DNA of 64,000 nucleotides, taken from Malacoraja senta (taxonomy: Eukaryota). A program made the translations under genes and the position numbers. The notes under the pieces are model-generated. The model saw only the letters and a program-made list of their open reading frames with translations, ran no database searches and had not been told where the DNA came from. The stretch spans positions 1 through 64,000 of the forward strand of contig JAXLNO010000687.1 of the NCBI GenBank assembly GCA_038087875.1. The letters are read 5' to 3'. Positions 25,074 through 37,240 of this stretch are shown here, one piece after another (the stretch's first letter is position 1; every line of letters begins with the position of its first letter).

Positions 25074-26695
25074 CAGTGCCCTCTATAACATTTTAGACAA
25101 AGACCCATCATTTATTTATTTGCCTCTGAACTCCACAATTTGAGATTTGTAATAGAAAAAAACTACATGTGGTTAAAGTGCACATTGTCAGATTTTATTT
25201 AAGGCCATTTTCATACATTTTGGTTTTATCGTGTTGAAATTACAACTGTGTTTATACATGGTCCCCTCATTTCAGGGCACCATAATGTTTGGGGCACATG
25301 GCTTCACAGGTGTTTGTAATTGCTCGGGTGTGTTTAATTGCCTCCTTAATGCAGCTATAAGAGAGCTCTCAGCACCTAGTCTTTCCTCCAGTCTTTCCAT
25401 CACCTTTGGAAACCTTTATTGCTGTTTATCAACATGAGGACCAAAGTTGTGCAAATGAAAGTCAAATAAGCCATTATGGGACTGAGAAATGAAAATAAAG
25501 CTGTTAGAGACATCAGCCAAACCTTAGGCTTACCAAAATCAACTATTTGGAACATCATTAAGAAGAAAGAGGGCACTGGTGAGCTTACTAATCGCAAAGG
25601 GCCAAGGAAGACCTCCACAGCTGATGACCGAATAATTCTCTCTATAATAAAGAAAAATCCCCAAACACCTGTCCGACAGATCAGAAACACTCTTCAGGAG
25701 TCGGGTGGATTTGTCAATGACCAGAAGACTCCATGAACAGAAATACAGAGGCTGCACTGCAAGATGCAAAGCTGCAGAAATAGGATGGACAGGTTACAGT
25801 TTGCCAAGAAGTACTTAAAAGAGCAACCACAGTTCTGGAAAAAGGTCTTGTGGACAGATGAGATGAAGATTAACATATCAGAGTGATGGCAAGAGCAAAG
25901 TATGGAGGAGAGAAGGAACTGCCCAAGATCCAAAGTATACCACCTCATCTGTGAAACACGGTGGTGGGAGTGTTATGGCCTGGGCATGTATGGGTGCTGA
26001 AGGTACTGACTCACTTATCTTCATTGATGATACAACTGCTGATGGTAGTAGCATAATGAATTCTGAAGTGTATAGACACATCCTATCTGCTCAAGTTCAA
26101 ACAAATGCCTCAAAACGTATTGGCTGGCGGTTCATTCTACAGCAAGACAATGATCCCAAACATACTGCTAAAGCAACAAAGGTGATTTTCAAAGCTAAAT
26201 AATGGTCAATTCTTGAGTGGCCAAGTTAATCACCTGACCTGAACCCAATTGAGTAAACCTTTTATATGCTGAAGAGAAAACTGAAGGGGACTAGCCCCCA
26301 AAACAAGCATAAGCTAAAGATGGCTGCAATACAGGCCTGGCAGAGCATCACCAGAGAAGACACACAGCAACTGGTGATGTTCATGATTCGCAGACTTCAA
26401 GCAGTCATTGCATGCAAAGGATATGCAACAAAATACTAAACATGACTACTTTCATTTACATGACATTGCTGTGCCCCAAACATTATGGTGCCCTGAAATG
26501 GAGGGACTATGTATAAACACTGCTGTAATTTCTACATGGTGAAACCAAAATGTATAAAAATGGCCTTTATTAAAATCTGACAATGTGCACTTTAACCACA
26601 TGTGATTTTTTTTCTATTACAAATCTCAAATTGCAGAGTACAGAGGTAAATCAATAAATTATAGATCTTTATCCTAAACATTATGGAGGGCACTG
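25074..26695 (+). mobile_element. Full-length Tc1 transposon (second family), pseudogenised transposase at about 25434-26439
   Basis: TA|CAGTGCCCTC...GAGGGCACTG|TA with TIRs of about 220 bp. Motifs [18 protein letters not shown] and PDLNPIE give DD34E spacing, with several stops and frameshifts. Confidence 0.95.
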
Positions 26696-26789
26696 TAAAA
26701 TCTTTTGCACGAACATTTTATTGGAAACATTCCTTGGAGCATATGAAGATGAGAGAGCTGCAGAAATAGGATGGACAGGTCATATGAAG

Positions 26790-27105
26790 AGAGACACTAA
26801 GAGTCTCTTGCCCAGAGTAGGGGAATCGAAAACCAGAAGACATAGGTTTAAGGCGAAGGGGAAAAGATTTAATGGGATTCTGAGGGGTAACTTTTTCACA
26901 CAAAGGGTGGTGGTTGTATGGAACGAGCTGCCAGGGGAGGTAGTGACTATCGCAATATTAAAGAAACAATGAGACAGGTATATGGATAGGACATATTTAG
27001 AGGGATATGGGCCAAATGCAGGCAGGTGGAACTAGTGTAGTTGGGACATGTTGGTCGATGTGGGCAAGTTGTGCCGAAGGGCCCATTTCCACGCTGTCTG
27101 ACAAT
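26790..27105 (+). mobile_element. CR1 3' end fragment
   Basis: LLPRVGESKTRRHRFKAKG...FFTQRVVVVWNELP followed by the 3'UTR. Confidence 0.85.
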
Positions 27106-28049
27106 TGACTACCCACGTACTTGTGTTAAGCAAAGAAAAGCAGTTTAAAATCCTTATAGAGCTCTAAGTAACCATTTGCAGTGTCACCACCTCCATAGTT
27201 TTCCCTTCGTTTGCAGCTTGAGTAGTGGGCAAGATATTGTCAAACTTGGGGCAGTGTATCAGTTCTGCTGTTTTATAGAAAAATTGATTTAGTAATTAAC
27301 TAAATTTAATTTCTTGGAGTTGAAGGGATTTCTCTGTCTTCCATCAATGATGGATGGTCTTATGCGTTGCTTCATATGATTAATGCCAAACATCTTTATC
27401 ACTGAACCAGTTAAATAAAACAGTGCATGGAATTTTAGGTATCCTATGGAGCACAGTTTGGATGAATATTTGGTGAATTGGCAGCACAGTGAGCATTGGA
27501 TTAGATCCCAACTGCTCTGACCTGGCTTCATGGGCATGGAAACTTGGCCGTGGGGAATGGAGGGCGTGTGTGCTGCTTCCCTCCTTGGGATAACAGCACA
27601 AGCAATGGTGACAGTGTTGTTTTTTCTGTCGACACTGCTTTCCTGTGCCTAATCTGGCAGGTTTCCTTTCTGCACAATAGTGAAGGACGGCGCAATAGTT
27701 CTTGTGTCATAATTGTTTCTCATTTGTGAACAAGTCCATAACCTAAAGAAAGTTTTAGTAGCTGTACTGCCCACATGCGCAGAAATACTTTAACTAAACA
27801 TTAGAATGAACTGATGGAATATTTACTGAATTTGTTTTGTCTTTTTATGGAAGAAGTTAATTTTGGGATCAAATTCTTGTTGTGACTCGTCTAAACTGAT
27901 GTTTCGCATCAATGTGTGTACCAGATGAATTAGCAGCTGAAGCTGAACCTAATAATCAGTGGACAAAAGTGCTGGAGAAACTCAGCGGGTGAGGCAGCAT
28001 CGATGCTACAAACCTTTTGGATTTGGGAGGAAACCGGAGCACCCAGAGG

Positions 28050-28425
28050 AAACATAGCAACATAGAAAATAGGTGCAGGAGTAGGCCATTTAGCCTTTCG
28101 AGCTAGCACCGCCATTCAATATGATCATGGCTGATTATCCAAAATCAATACCCCGTTCCTCCTTTTTCCCTATATCTCTTGGTTACTTTAGCCCTAAGAG
28201 CTAAATTTAACTCTCTTGAAAACATCCAGTGAATTGACCTCCACTGCCTTCTGTGGCAGAGAATTCCACAGATTCACAACTCTCTGAGTGAAAAGGTTTA
28301 TCCTCATCTCAGTCTTAAATGGCCTACCCCTTATTCTTAAACTATAACCCCTGGTTTTGGTCTCCCCCAACATCGGGAACATTTTTCCTGCATCTAGCCT
28401 GACCAATCCTTTAAGAATATTATAT
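28050..28425 (-). mobile_element. CR1 3' fragment nested in a minus-strand V-SINE (about 28005-28547)
   Basis: ORF 28194..28406 is a CR1 C-terminus. SINE V-domain and head lie on either side. Confidence 0.85.
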
Positions 28426-29164
28426 GGAGATCCACGTGGTCACAGGGAGAATATGCAACCTCCACACAGACAGCAGCCGAGGTCAGGATTGAACCCGGGT
28501 CTCTGATGCTGAGAGGCAGCAGCTCTACCATCTGCATCACTGTGCCGCTCTCAAAGGTGTACAAACATTTAAATGTTTCCTCCGTGTTACACTCTAGTCC
28601 ATTTGGGGAAGGGCTTTCATTAGCCACTGATGTTGTAACGCAAAGTCATGAGATTTGTTTACCTGATATCAGTTGTCATGAACAACTGTGTAGGAAGGAT
28701 CTGCAGATGCTGATTTAAACCGAAGATAGACACAAAAAGTTGGGGTAACTCAGCGGGTCAGGCAGCATCTCTGGAGGAAAGGAATACAAAATGTTTCAGG
28801 TCTGAAGAAGGGTCTCGACCTGAAACGTCACCTATTCCTTTTCTCCATGGTAACTGCTACAAAGGACACATTCTTGGAGTTGTACCAAACTTTTGTAAAA
28901 AAACAAATTGTATTTACTTCAGCTTTCATCATCTATTTTAGCCTTCCTATAAGTAGTTCATCTGAAAAAAACAACTTCCACCCAGCGTGAAGAATATAAG
29001 CTTATTTAAGGTGCTTCTATTCTTCCATATTAACATGTAAACAAAATAACACGCACATTCCTGCTGGTGCCCAAATTCTATGTTGTTGGGGCAACAGCCA
29101 TGGAGGGTTGTCAGGATTCTGAGAGTGTTAAGGTACAGGAAAAATGTTTATAGGAAACATCTTT

Positions 29165-29675
29165 ATAGGAACGATGCTGATAAGCTGGAAAGAATGCAGA
29201 TAGGATATTTGAAGATCTTGCCAGGACTTGAGGGTCTGCGCTATAGGGAGAGGTTGGGCAGGCTAAGACTGTATTCCTTGGAGCATAGGAGAGGTGATCA
29301 AATAGGATCATGAGGGGAATAGATAGGGTAATACGTAGAATGTTTTACCCAGGGTAGGGGAATCAAGAACCAGAGATATGGGCCTAAGGTGAGAGGGGAA
29401 AGATTTAATAGGAATCTGAGGAGCAACCTTTTCACACAGGGCGGTGGTTATATGGATTGAGCTGTCAGAGGAGGTATTTGAAGCAGAAACTATAATAATA
29501 TTTAAAAGACATTTGGCCAGGTACATGTATAGGAAAGGTTTGGAGGGATATGGGGCAAATGTGTATAAATGGGAGAAGCTTAGATTGGGCATCTTGTTGG
29601 CAGGTGGGACTAGTATAGATAGGACACCTTGGTTGGCATGGGGAAGTTGGGTGAAAGGGCCTGTTTGTGTGCTGC
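29165..29675 (+). mobile_element. Degenerate CR1 3' fragment
   Basis: KLERMQ...LPGLEGLRYRERLGRLRLYSLEHRR and the 3'UTR. Confidence 0.8.
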
Positions 29676-29927
29676 ACAAGGCTAATTGGATCCAAAACTG
29701 GCTTGGTGATAGGAGGGAAAAGGTACTGATTGAAAGATTTTTTTCCAGAGTAGAAGCATATGGCCAATGGGGTGATGGGCCAATTTGTGATGTTAGCATC
29801 TTAGATGCCATCGTAGGAGATGGGGGTTTGGGGAGCATGGCACAGGAGTAGCAGAAGGAATTGGATTTTGAATGACCTTGGTCAGTAATTGGTCCCCTAA
29901 ATTTCTGTGCATCCAGAACTAGGGTAA

Positions 29928-30136
29928 AGGGCCTGTCCCACTTAGACGTGATTTGCGCATAATTTACGCGTCATCATTTACTCGTCACGACGCACGCGTT
30001 GTGCCGCGCACGTGATGCGTGCATGGTGCGTGGTGACGTAGGCAGTCGCATGCGGCGCCCCAGGATTTTGGTATGTACAAAATCTTCGCGCGCCATTTGC
30101 GTGACGCGCAAATGACGCCCAAGTGGGACAGGCCCT
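29928..30136. mobile_element. Harbinger/PIF-type MITE, 209 bp
   Basis: TIR AGGGCCTGTCCCACTT...AAGTGGGACAGGCCCT, TAA on both flanks, palindromic CpG-rich interior. Confidence 0.8.
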
Positions 30137-31972
30137 TAAGGCATCAGAATAATTTTAGATGGAGATATGGAGGATTTTATCACTCGGACATTTGTGAATC
30201 TAATTCTTTCCATATGCACAGAAGATGGATACTGACATACATTTAAACTGCAAGAGAATTGCAGGTTATGGGCACAGGGTTTTGGCCCACCATGTACGTG
30301 CCATCTTTTTACCCAATTACATATCGTATTAGCCTGCATTAGGACTGTATCCCTACATGCCTTGCCTATTTATATCTGTATTTAAACGCCGCGTAAACAT
30401 TGGTGTCTGTCTAAATACCTCGTAAATAATGTTTTTATCTGATTACAACACATCAACCACATTTTTTTTAAATCCCCTCAAATTTCCTTTAAAACTACTT
30501 CCTCTCAACTTAAATCACATTTCTTTGCCTTTTCCAAGAGAGGGCCAGAGTTAATGTGCAGGTAATTGCAGTCTGTGAGATGGGTTACAACATGCTTTTT
30601 CCTTTAACATGGGTTTTTCAATACAATACAACTGGCCTTTTCCTTTCTTATATGCTCCTCCTTAAATATAGCTAATATAATAACTGCCTTGAGGTAGCTC
30701 TATTGTTACACAAATATAAATAATGCCATTCACTTGTTTCAGTAGCAACCCTTTTTATAATCTTAAGTGGCATCAGTTAACATTTAGTTATGAATGTTCT
30801 GTCTCTTTGTAATGTACGGGCAAACATGTACTCTGCAAATGGTTTATAGCCTCACACAAGAACCATTGTCATTTAAAATTACTCTTTGGCCGATTTTGTT
30901 GGAATAAATGCATTGTGTTTGGAATGATCAAGGTAATGATCAAGGTAATGAACCAACCAGGTACTTTGTAATTTGTTCTTTGTTTGTGCTAATAATAATG
31001 ATGAAGCAATAATCAGTCTGAAGAGGGGTCCCGACCCAAAACATCACCCATCCCTGTTCACCAGAGATGCTGCCTGACCGGCTGAGTTACTCCAGCATTT
31101 TGTATCTTTCTTTGTAAAACAGCACCTGCAATTCCTTGTATCCACAGACACTAATTAATTGTTACTTGTTATGCAACAGTGGTGGAGTATAGCCACCTAG
31201 AATTTTAATAATGTGGTGATTCAGAGGACATTAACCCACTGGCCAGTAATATATTTAGTTGACCACCTCTGGTATAGCGCACTATAGGTTAATGTTGCTG
31301 TAAACTGCAGCCTTGGATTGAATATTGAAGTGCAAATCTTAGCCCAAACTAGAACTGTCTGAAAAAGGGTCCTGACCCAAAACAACACCTATCCACGTTC
31401 TCCAGAGATGCTACCTGACCCGCTGAGTTACTCCAGCACTTTGTCTCCCAAACTAAAACCATTCTATTTAAACTAACAATATTCCCTAAGTATTTTAAGC
31501 CAGCCCTGTAGTTCAACACAATCCTGGCTGGTCTGCTCTCGGCCTCTTTTGTGGAAGTTCTCCACAGGCCTTAGTTCCCTGGTCTTTCTTTCAAAAGTTT
31601 ATTTACTTCCTCCTCAAACGTCCCCAGTGATCTGTCCTCCACCAACCTTTGGTGGTACAGAATGCCAGATATTCACCAGCATCTATTGAAAAACAAAACC
31701 TCATATGCACTTCAGTTTTAAGTGACCCGGCCAGCATCTCTCTAAACTCCCGCCCCACTGGCTGACTTACGCTTTATCCCCTGGATTGCAAGATAGTGGT
31801 GGGGTGCTGGTCCTAACGGAGGATCTACTATCATCCAGTAGTCCCCCTACACTTTTAAATCTCGTTTCAACCTGTAAACCTAGCACAGCTAGATTCTGTA
31901 CTCTGTATCTTTCCCTTTGCTCTCTATAGTACTTGTATTTGTCTTGATTGTATTTATGTATAATGTTATCTG

Positions 31973-32940
31973 CTGACTAAATTTGCAGATGACACGAACG
32001 TGGGTGATGTTGTAGAAAGCGAAAATTATTTTCTAAAATTACAGCAGGATCTTGATTAGTTGGTCAAGTGGGCGGAGGAATGGTTGATAGAGTTTAATGC
32101 AGATAAAGGTGAGGTGTTGCATTTTTGGAAGTCAAACCAGGGCAGGACCTTCACAGTGAACTGCAGAGCCATGGAGAGTGTTGTAAAGCAGTTGGTTCTA
32201 GAGTCCAGGTACATAGTTTCCTGAAAGGGGTGGATAGGATGTTCAAGAAGGCTTACGGTACATTGGCCTTCATCAGTCAGAATATTAGGTATAGAGGTTG
32301 GGATGTTATGTTACTTGTACAAGATATTGTTGAGGCCACACATATTGTGTTCAGTTTTGGTCACCCTGCAATAGGAAGGATGTTGTAAAGCTGGAAAGAG
32401 TTCAGAGAAGATTTATGAGGATATTGCCAGGACTTGAGGTGCCTGAGCTATAGGGAGAGTCTGTGCATTCACACTATCTATTTCACCTCATGATCTTATA
32501 TACTTCTATAAGATCTCCCCTCAGCCTCCTGTGCTCCAAGACTTTATTCCTTGGAGCATAGGAGGCTGAGGGGAGATCTTATAGAAGTGTATAAGATCAT
32601 GAGATGAATAGATAGTGTGAATGCAGACTCTTTTACTCAGGTTATGTGAATCAAGAACCAGACGACACAGGTTTAAGGTGAGGGGAAAGATTTAATAGGA
32701 ATCGATTTATTAGGGACAACTTTTCACACAGTCAGTGATAGGTACTTGGAACTTACTGCCAGAGGTAGTTGAGGCAGGTATTATAACAACATTTAAAGAC
32801 ATTTGGACAGGTGCATAGATAGGAAAGGTTTAGAGGGATAAGGGCCAAATACGGTGGGATTTGCAGCGATGGGGCATCTTGGTCGCATGGGCAATGTGAG
32901 CTGAAGGGCCTGGTTCCGTGCTGTATTACTTTGACTGATG
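31973..32940 (+). mobile_element. Degenerate CR1 RT 3' half with an internal inverted duplication
   Basis: KFADDT.VG, LQQDLD and GDLIEVYKIM motifs plus the 3'UTR. Confidence 0.85.
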
Positions 32941-33274
32941 AGATAACATGCAAAAGAAAGCTTTTCTTTGTACCTTGGTAGCAAAAAATATTTTCTAAAA
33001 TTACAGCAGGATCTTGATTAGCTGGTCAAGCTGGACAATAATAACCCTAAACCTAAATCAGTCGAGCACTCCCACGACTGGAAGCATTGGAAACATATCA
33101 ACATCATTCCCTATCAAGATCCCTTAGGATCCTGTAACTTTTACTAAGATCATTCTTCTTCCTTCTGAATGCAAAGTTTGCTATTAAAGCACATCATCCT
33201 CTAGTCTGACTGCCCCTTGGTTCAAGGCACCGGGGTGATGTGTGAGATCTTTACACTGCAGGATAAAGCTAATG

Positions 33275-33448
33275 TGTAGGAAGGAACTGCAGATGCTGGT
33301 TTAAACCGACGATAGACACAAATGCTGGAGTAACTCAGCGGGACAGGCAGCTTCTCTGGAGAGAAGGATTGGGTGACGTTTCGGGTCGTGACCCTTCTGT
33401 CTGAAGAAGGGTCTTGACCCGAAACGTCACCCATTCCTTCTCTCCAGG
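33275..33448. mobile_element. Penelope terminal-repeat mini-element (inverted pair); representative of about 35 copies in the window
   Basis: 11-bp TSD taaagctaatg (33264-33274 and 33449-33459). Consensus GTCTGAAGAAGGGTCTCGACCCGAAACGTCACCCATTCCTTCTCTCCAGAGATGCTGCCTGTCCCGCTGAGTTACTCCAGCATTTTGTGTCTA. Confidence 0.85.
33399..33430 (+). ncRNA. Putative minimal type I hammerhead ribozyme motif
   Basis: GT-CTGAAGA (33401-07)-A-GGGT.CTTG.ACCC (stem II)-GAAA (33421-24)-CG-TC-AC, with predicted cleavage after 33428. All conserved core bases are present; helix III is reduced to the palindrome ACGT. Confidence 0.65.
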
Positions 33449-34501
33449 TAAAGCTAATGGGTTGATTGAAGGGTTTCAAGGTCAGTTTATTGTCACGTGT
33501 ACCAATTAAGGTACAGTGAAATTGATTCTCAGTGTAAGACCTGAGTAATGAGGAAGAGTTTGGAACCACACAAGTTTTCCAGCATGTGAAGATGGTGGTT
33601 AGTTGAGAAGTGAACTTGAAGGTTAAGTAAGTGAACGGAAACTTCTTCCAAATGTAAGTGCCACAAGTACTGAACATGAGGCAGACTTGGATGAAATGAG
33701 AGTTGTTGTGGTTGAGACGCGGAAAACTTTAATTTTTAGGTGACTTGGTTATGATAAGTTGAATGCCTCAGTTTCCAAGTGTTTTGTGAACTAGCACTTT
33801 TACCATACAATAATTTGCATTTATTTTTGTAACATCTGATTTTAATTGATGTTTAGAATGAGTTTGTCTTATTTTCCTTCTGCATTGTGGAAAAGATGGT
33901 GATGTGATTGAGTGACAAGGAAATAAATAGTGTGAACGAGCAGTGAATGAGAAATTGGGGTAAAGGTGGTTAGTCCCACTGGTTATTTGGCCTGATGAAG
34001 CCCGGTTAGAAAAGGCTAACTTCCCGTGAAGGAAGTACCTCGTCTCCACTTACCCCACTCCTACCTCTTGTTCCCATCTACGATCCTAATCATTTGGAGC
34101 TGCACAGACGGCACGGTGGAAATGCAGGCAATGCAGCTGTCTTACTGCTCTGACAATCTGGATTTGTTTCTGACACTCAGCGCTGTCTGTGTCGAATTCA
34201 CACTTTCTTTCAATGCGTGGGTTTCCCCCGGAGAAAAAGGAAGGGTGACATTTTGGGTTGGGACCCTTCTTCAGACAATTTCCGCAAGACGGTTGTGTTA
34301 TTCCAGCACTTTGTGTCTATCTCTGACTGTAACCTTAACTCAGTGTACCCATGGTAACCTTTCATCCCCAGGCTTATTAAGTATCGAACTACCTCGACTT
34401 AAAAAAATTTAAACATCTGTTTCCGCCATGCTTGAATGGGGAGAGTCCCAACGTTTTTTGACCCCACAAAAGTAAATGTCACGTTTAAAATGATTGACCC
34501 C

Positions 34502-36083
34502 ATATGATTCACCTGCTGGACAATTCTGCCCAGCAGGTGGACTGGATTAGAATGGAAAAAGGGGATTGCTCCCCGAATAATATAGGAGCGATTATTCTCT
34601 CTCCAATAAATTTGAATAATAAAAATTATAATAAAAATCCAATTATATATAGCACTATTAGAACATGGAAGCAAATAAAACAGAATCTAAAATTAAGAAA
34701 CCTATCTCTCTTAATACCAATAGTCAATAACCCATCGTTTAAACCTTCAATCATAGATAAAGCATTTATACAATGGGAAAGAATGGGAATTAAAACGCTC
34801 GAAGATCTGTATGAATTAGAAAAATTACTATCATTCCAACAACTACAACTGAAATATAATTTGAAAAATAATCAATATTTTAAATATATACAAATCTGTG
34901 ACTATTTGAAAACACACACAAAAGATTATTATAATATGTCTTCCGACTTACTAGATGAAGCAATGAAGACAAAGGCGGAATCAGTTAATTTAATATCATA
35001 CTTATATAATATCATCTTAAATATAGAAATACCCACAACAGATGGAATTAGAAGAGATTGGGAACAAGATCTAGGTATAAAAATTTCAAAAGAGAGTTGG
35101 GATAATCATTTATTACAGGTGCATAAATGCTCGATCAACGTACGACATACGCTTATCCAATTTAAAACATTACATAGATTATATTATTCAAAAACCAAAC
35201 TAAATAAAATCTTTCCTAACGTCTCACCAATCTGTGATAAATGTATATGTCAAGAAGCTACCATAGCACATTCTTTTGTTTTTTGTACAAAAATCCAAAA
35301 ATTCTGGTTTGAAATATTTGATATTTTTTCAAAATTAATCAAAATAAAACTGGTACCAAAACCAGAATGGATTATTTTTGGAATATCGGAAGGTATTCCT
35401 GAATTAAACGTGTATCAGAAGAATTTACTCAATTATGGGCTAATAATGGGAAAAAAGCTTATACTTAAATTCTGGAAAAATGCGCCCACACCAACAATAA
35501 AAATGTGGACATCAAATATGTTGGAAACATTACATCTGGAAGAGATGAGATTCCTCCTAGTAGGCAAAGTAGATCAATTTCAAAAGACGTGGTCTACGTT
35601 TTTGGACCTATTACAAGCATGAGGTGCAATAGTAATTTAGAAAAACAAATAAATAAATAAAAGGTATCTGGACCTGGTAATGGGAGGTAAAATAAAAATA
35701 GACTTGGTTGGTAGTTCCTTCTCTATGAAGTATGGTATAAGAGTTATAATAGAGCGATTGTTCCTTCTTTCTTTCTCTTTTTTTTCTAGGGTCTATTTTC
35801 TAACTTTACTTCCTTCTCTAACCTCTTTTCTAAGGGGCTTTCTTTTCCCAACACTCTTTTGCACTTCACAACCTTTGCGCACTTTCTTCACTTTTCTTAC
35901 TTCTTTCTTTTTCTTTCTTAAAGTTTAAAAAAGTGAAGCGGTACAAAAAATGTATTAATATATACGTGTTGTACATTACTGTAATCTACCGTACTTCTAA
36001 AAAATAAAAAATAAAAAAAAAAATAAAAAAAAAAAATAAATAAAATTAAAAAAAAAAAAAATAAATAAAAAAAAAAAATAAAT
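34502..36083 (+). mobile_element. Young 5'-truncated L1-clade LINE
   Basis: Open 372-aa ORF2 C-terminus (34504..35622; HRLYYSK, CDKC, H..V.C, FW), A-rich tail at about 35999-36083. Perfect 15-bp TSD aaaatgattgacccc (34487-34501 and 36084-36098) at a TT/AAAA site. Confidence 0.95.
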
Positions 36084-36514
36084 AAAATGATTGACCCCTT
36101 ATTTTTAGAACAGTTCCATATCCTTCCTATCTGGGTCTTGCAGAGAAATGTTGACCAAGGCATGGAATAGATTGGTTGCAGGTGTTTACTAGACTAAGAG
36201 AACACCTCTAGGTGCTATATTGTTGTTACACAACATTTGCAAATGTATTAACACCTTGGCCAAGATGTATTGAATTGTAATTCTCAGTCAAGATCACTTT
36301 GTTTCCTGGAATAGCATTTGTGCTTCTGTTACAGCTGCTGGCTTCTCATTAGACATGTTTATGTGCAATTCTGCTTTAAATTCTCAGGAGAACATATTAA
36401 AATACAAAATTTAAAATGATGGCCCAGGCATCCTGCAGGTACTTCCCACTGGTGGATTCGGGAGCAGAGTTCCCAGTGGACACAGGAGCAGAGTTTGAGC
36501 AACCACCTGCAAGA

Positions 36515-36820
36515 GTTTAATTTAGATTAGAGATACAGTGTGAAAACAGGCCCTTTGGCCCACCGAGTCAGTGCCGACCTGCAATCCCCGCACATTAACA
36601 CTATACTACACACACTTCTTGACAATTTTTATATTTATACTTATCCAATTAACCTACCATCCTGTACGTCTTTGGAGTGTGGGAGGAAACCAAAGATCTT
36701 GGAGAAAACCCACACAGGGCACTGGGAGAACGTACAAACTCCGTACAGACAGCACCCATAGTCAGGATCGAACCCGGGTCTCTGGCGCTGTGAGGCAGCA
36801 ACTCTACTGCTGCGCCACCG
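36515..36820 (-). mobile_element. V-SINE (HE1-like)
   Basis: Head, B box, V-domain and tail on the minus strand. Confidence 0.88.
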
Positions 36821-36967
36821 TACATAGTTTGGTATGGTTTGATGGGATCAAGGGATGGAATGGAAACAATTGGAATATTAGGGTCATGGAATGAAGGGGA
36901 GTTGGATTAGACTGGGCAGTAGTTAGTGTGAGGGGAGTTTGTTATACTGGGATTAGATGGAGTTAGA

Positions 36968-37240
36968 AGGGGCAGCATCGTGGAGCAGCAGTAGAGTTGC
37001 TGCCTTACAGCCCCAGAGACCCGGGTTCATTCAGCTCTTTGTGTGGAGTTTGTACGTTCTTCCTGTGACTGCGTGAGTTTTTACTGGGTGCTCCGGTTTC
37101 CTCCCACATTCCAAAGATGGGCAGGTTGGTAGGTGAATTGGCTTCTGTAAATTCTCCCTCGTGTAGGATAGAACTAGTGTACGGGTGATTGTTAATCGGT
37201 GTGGTCCCAGGGACTGTTTCCATGTGGTATCACTCAACTA
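36968..37240 (+). mobile_element. V-SINE (HE1-like)
   Basis: GGGGCAGCATCGTGGAGCAGCAGTAGAG head, V-domain and tail. Confidence 0.85.

Noticed and set aside
35918..36163. Phe-rich 81-aa ORF
   Set aside because: Antisense translation of the L1 poly-A tail.
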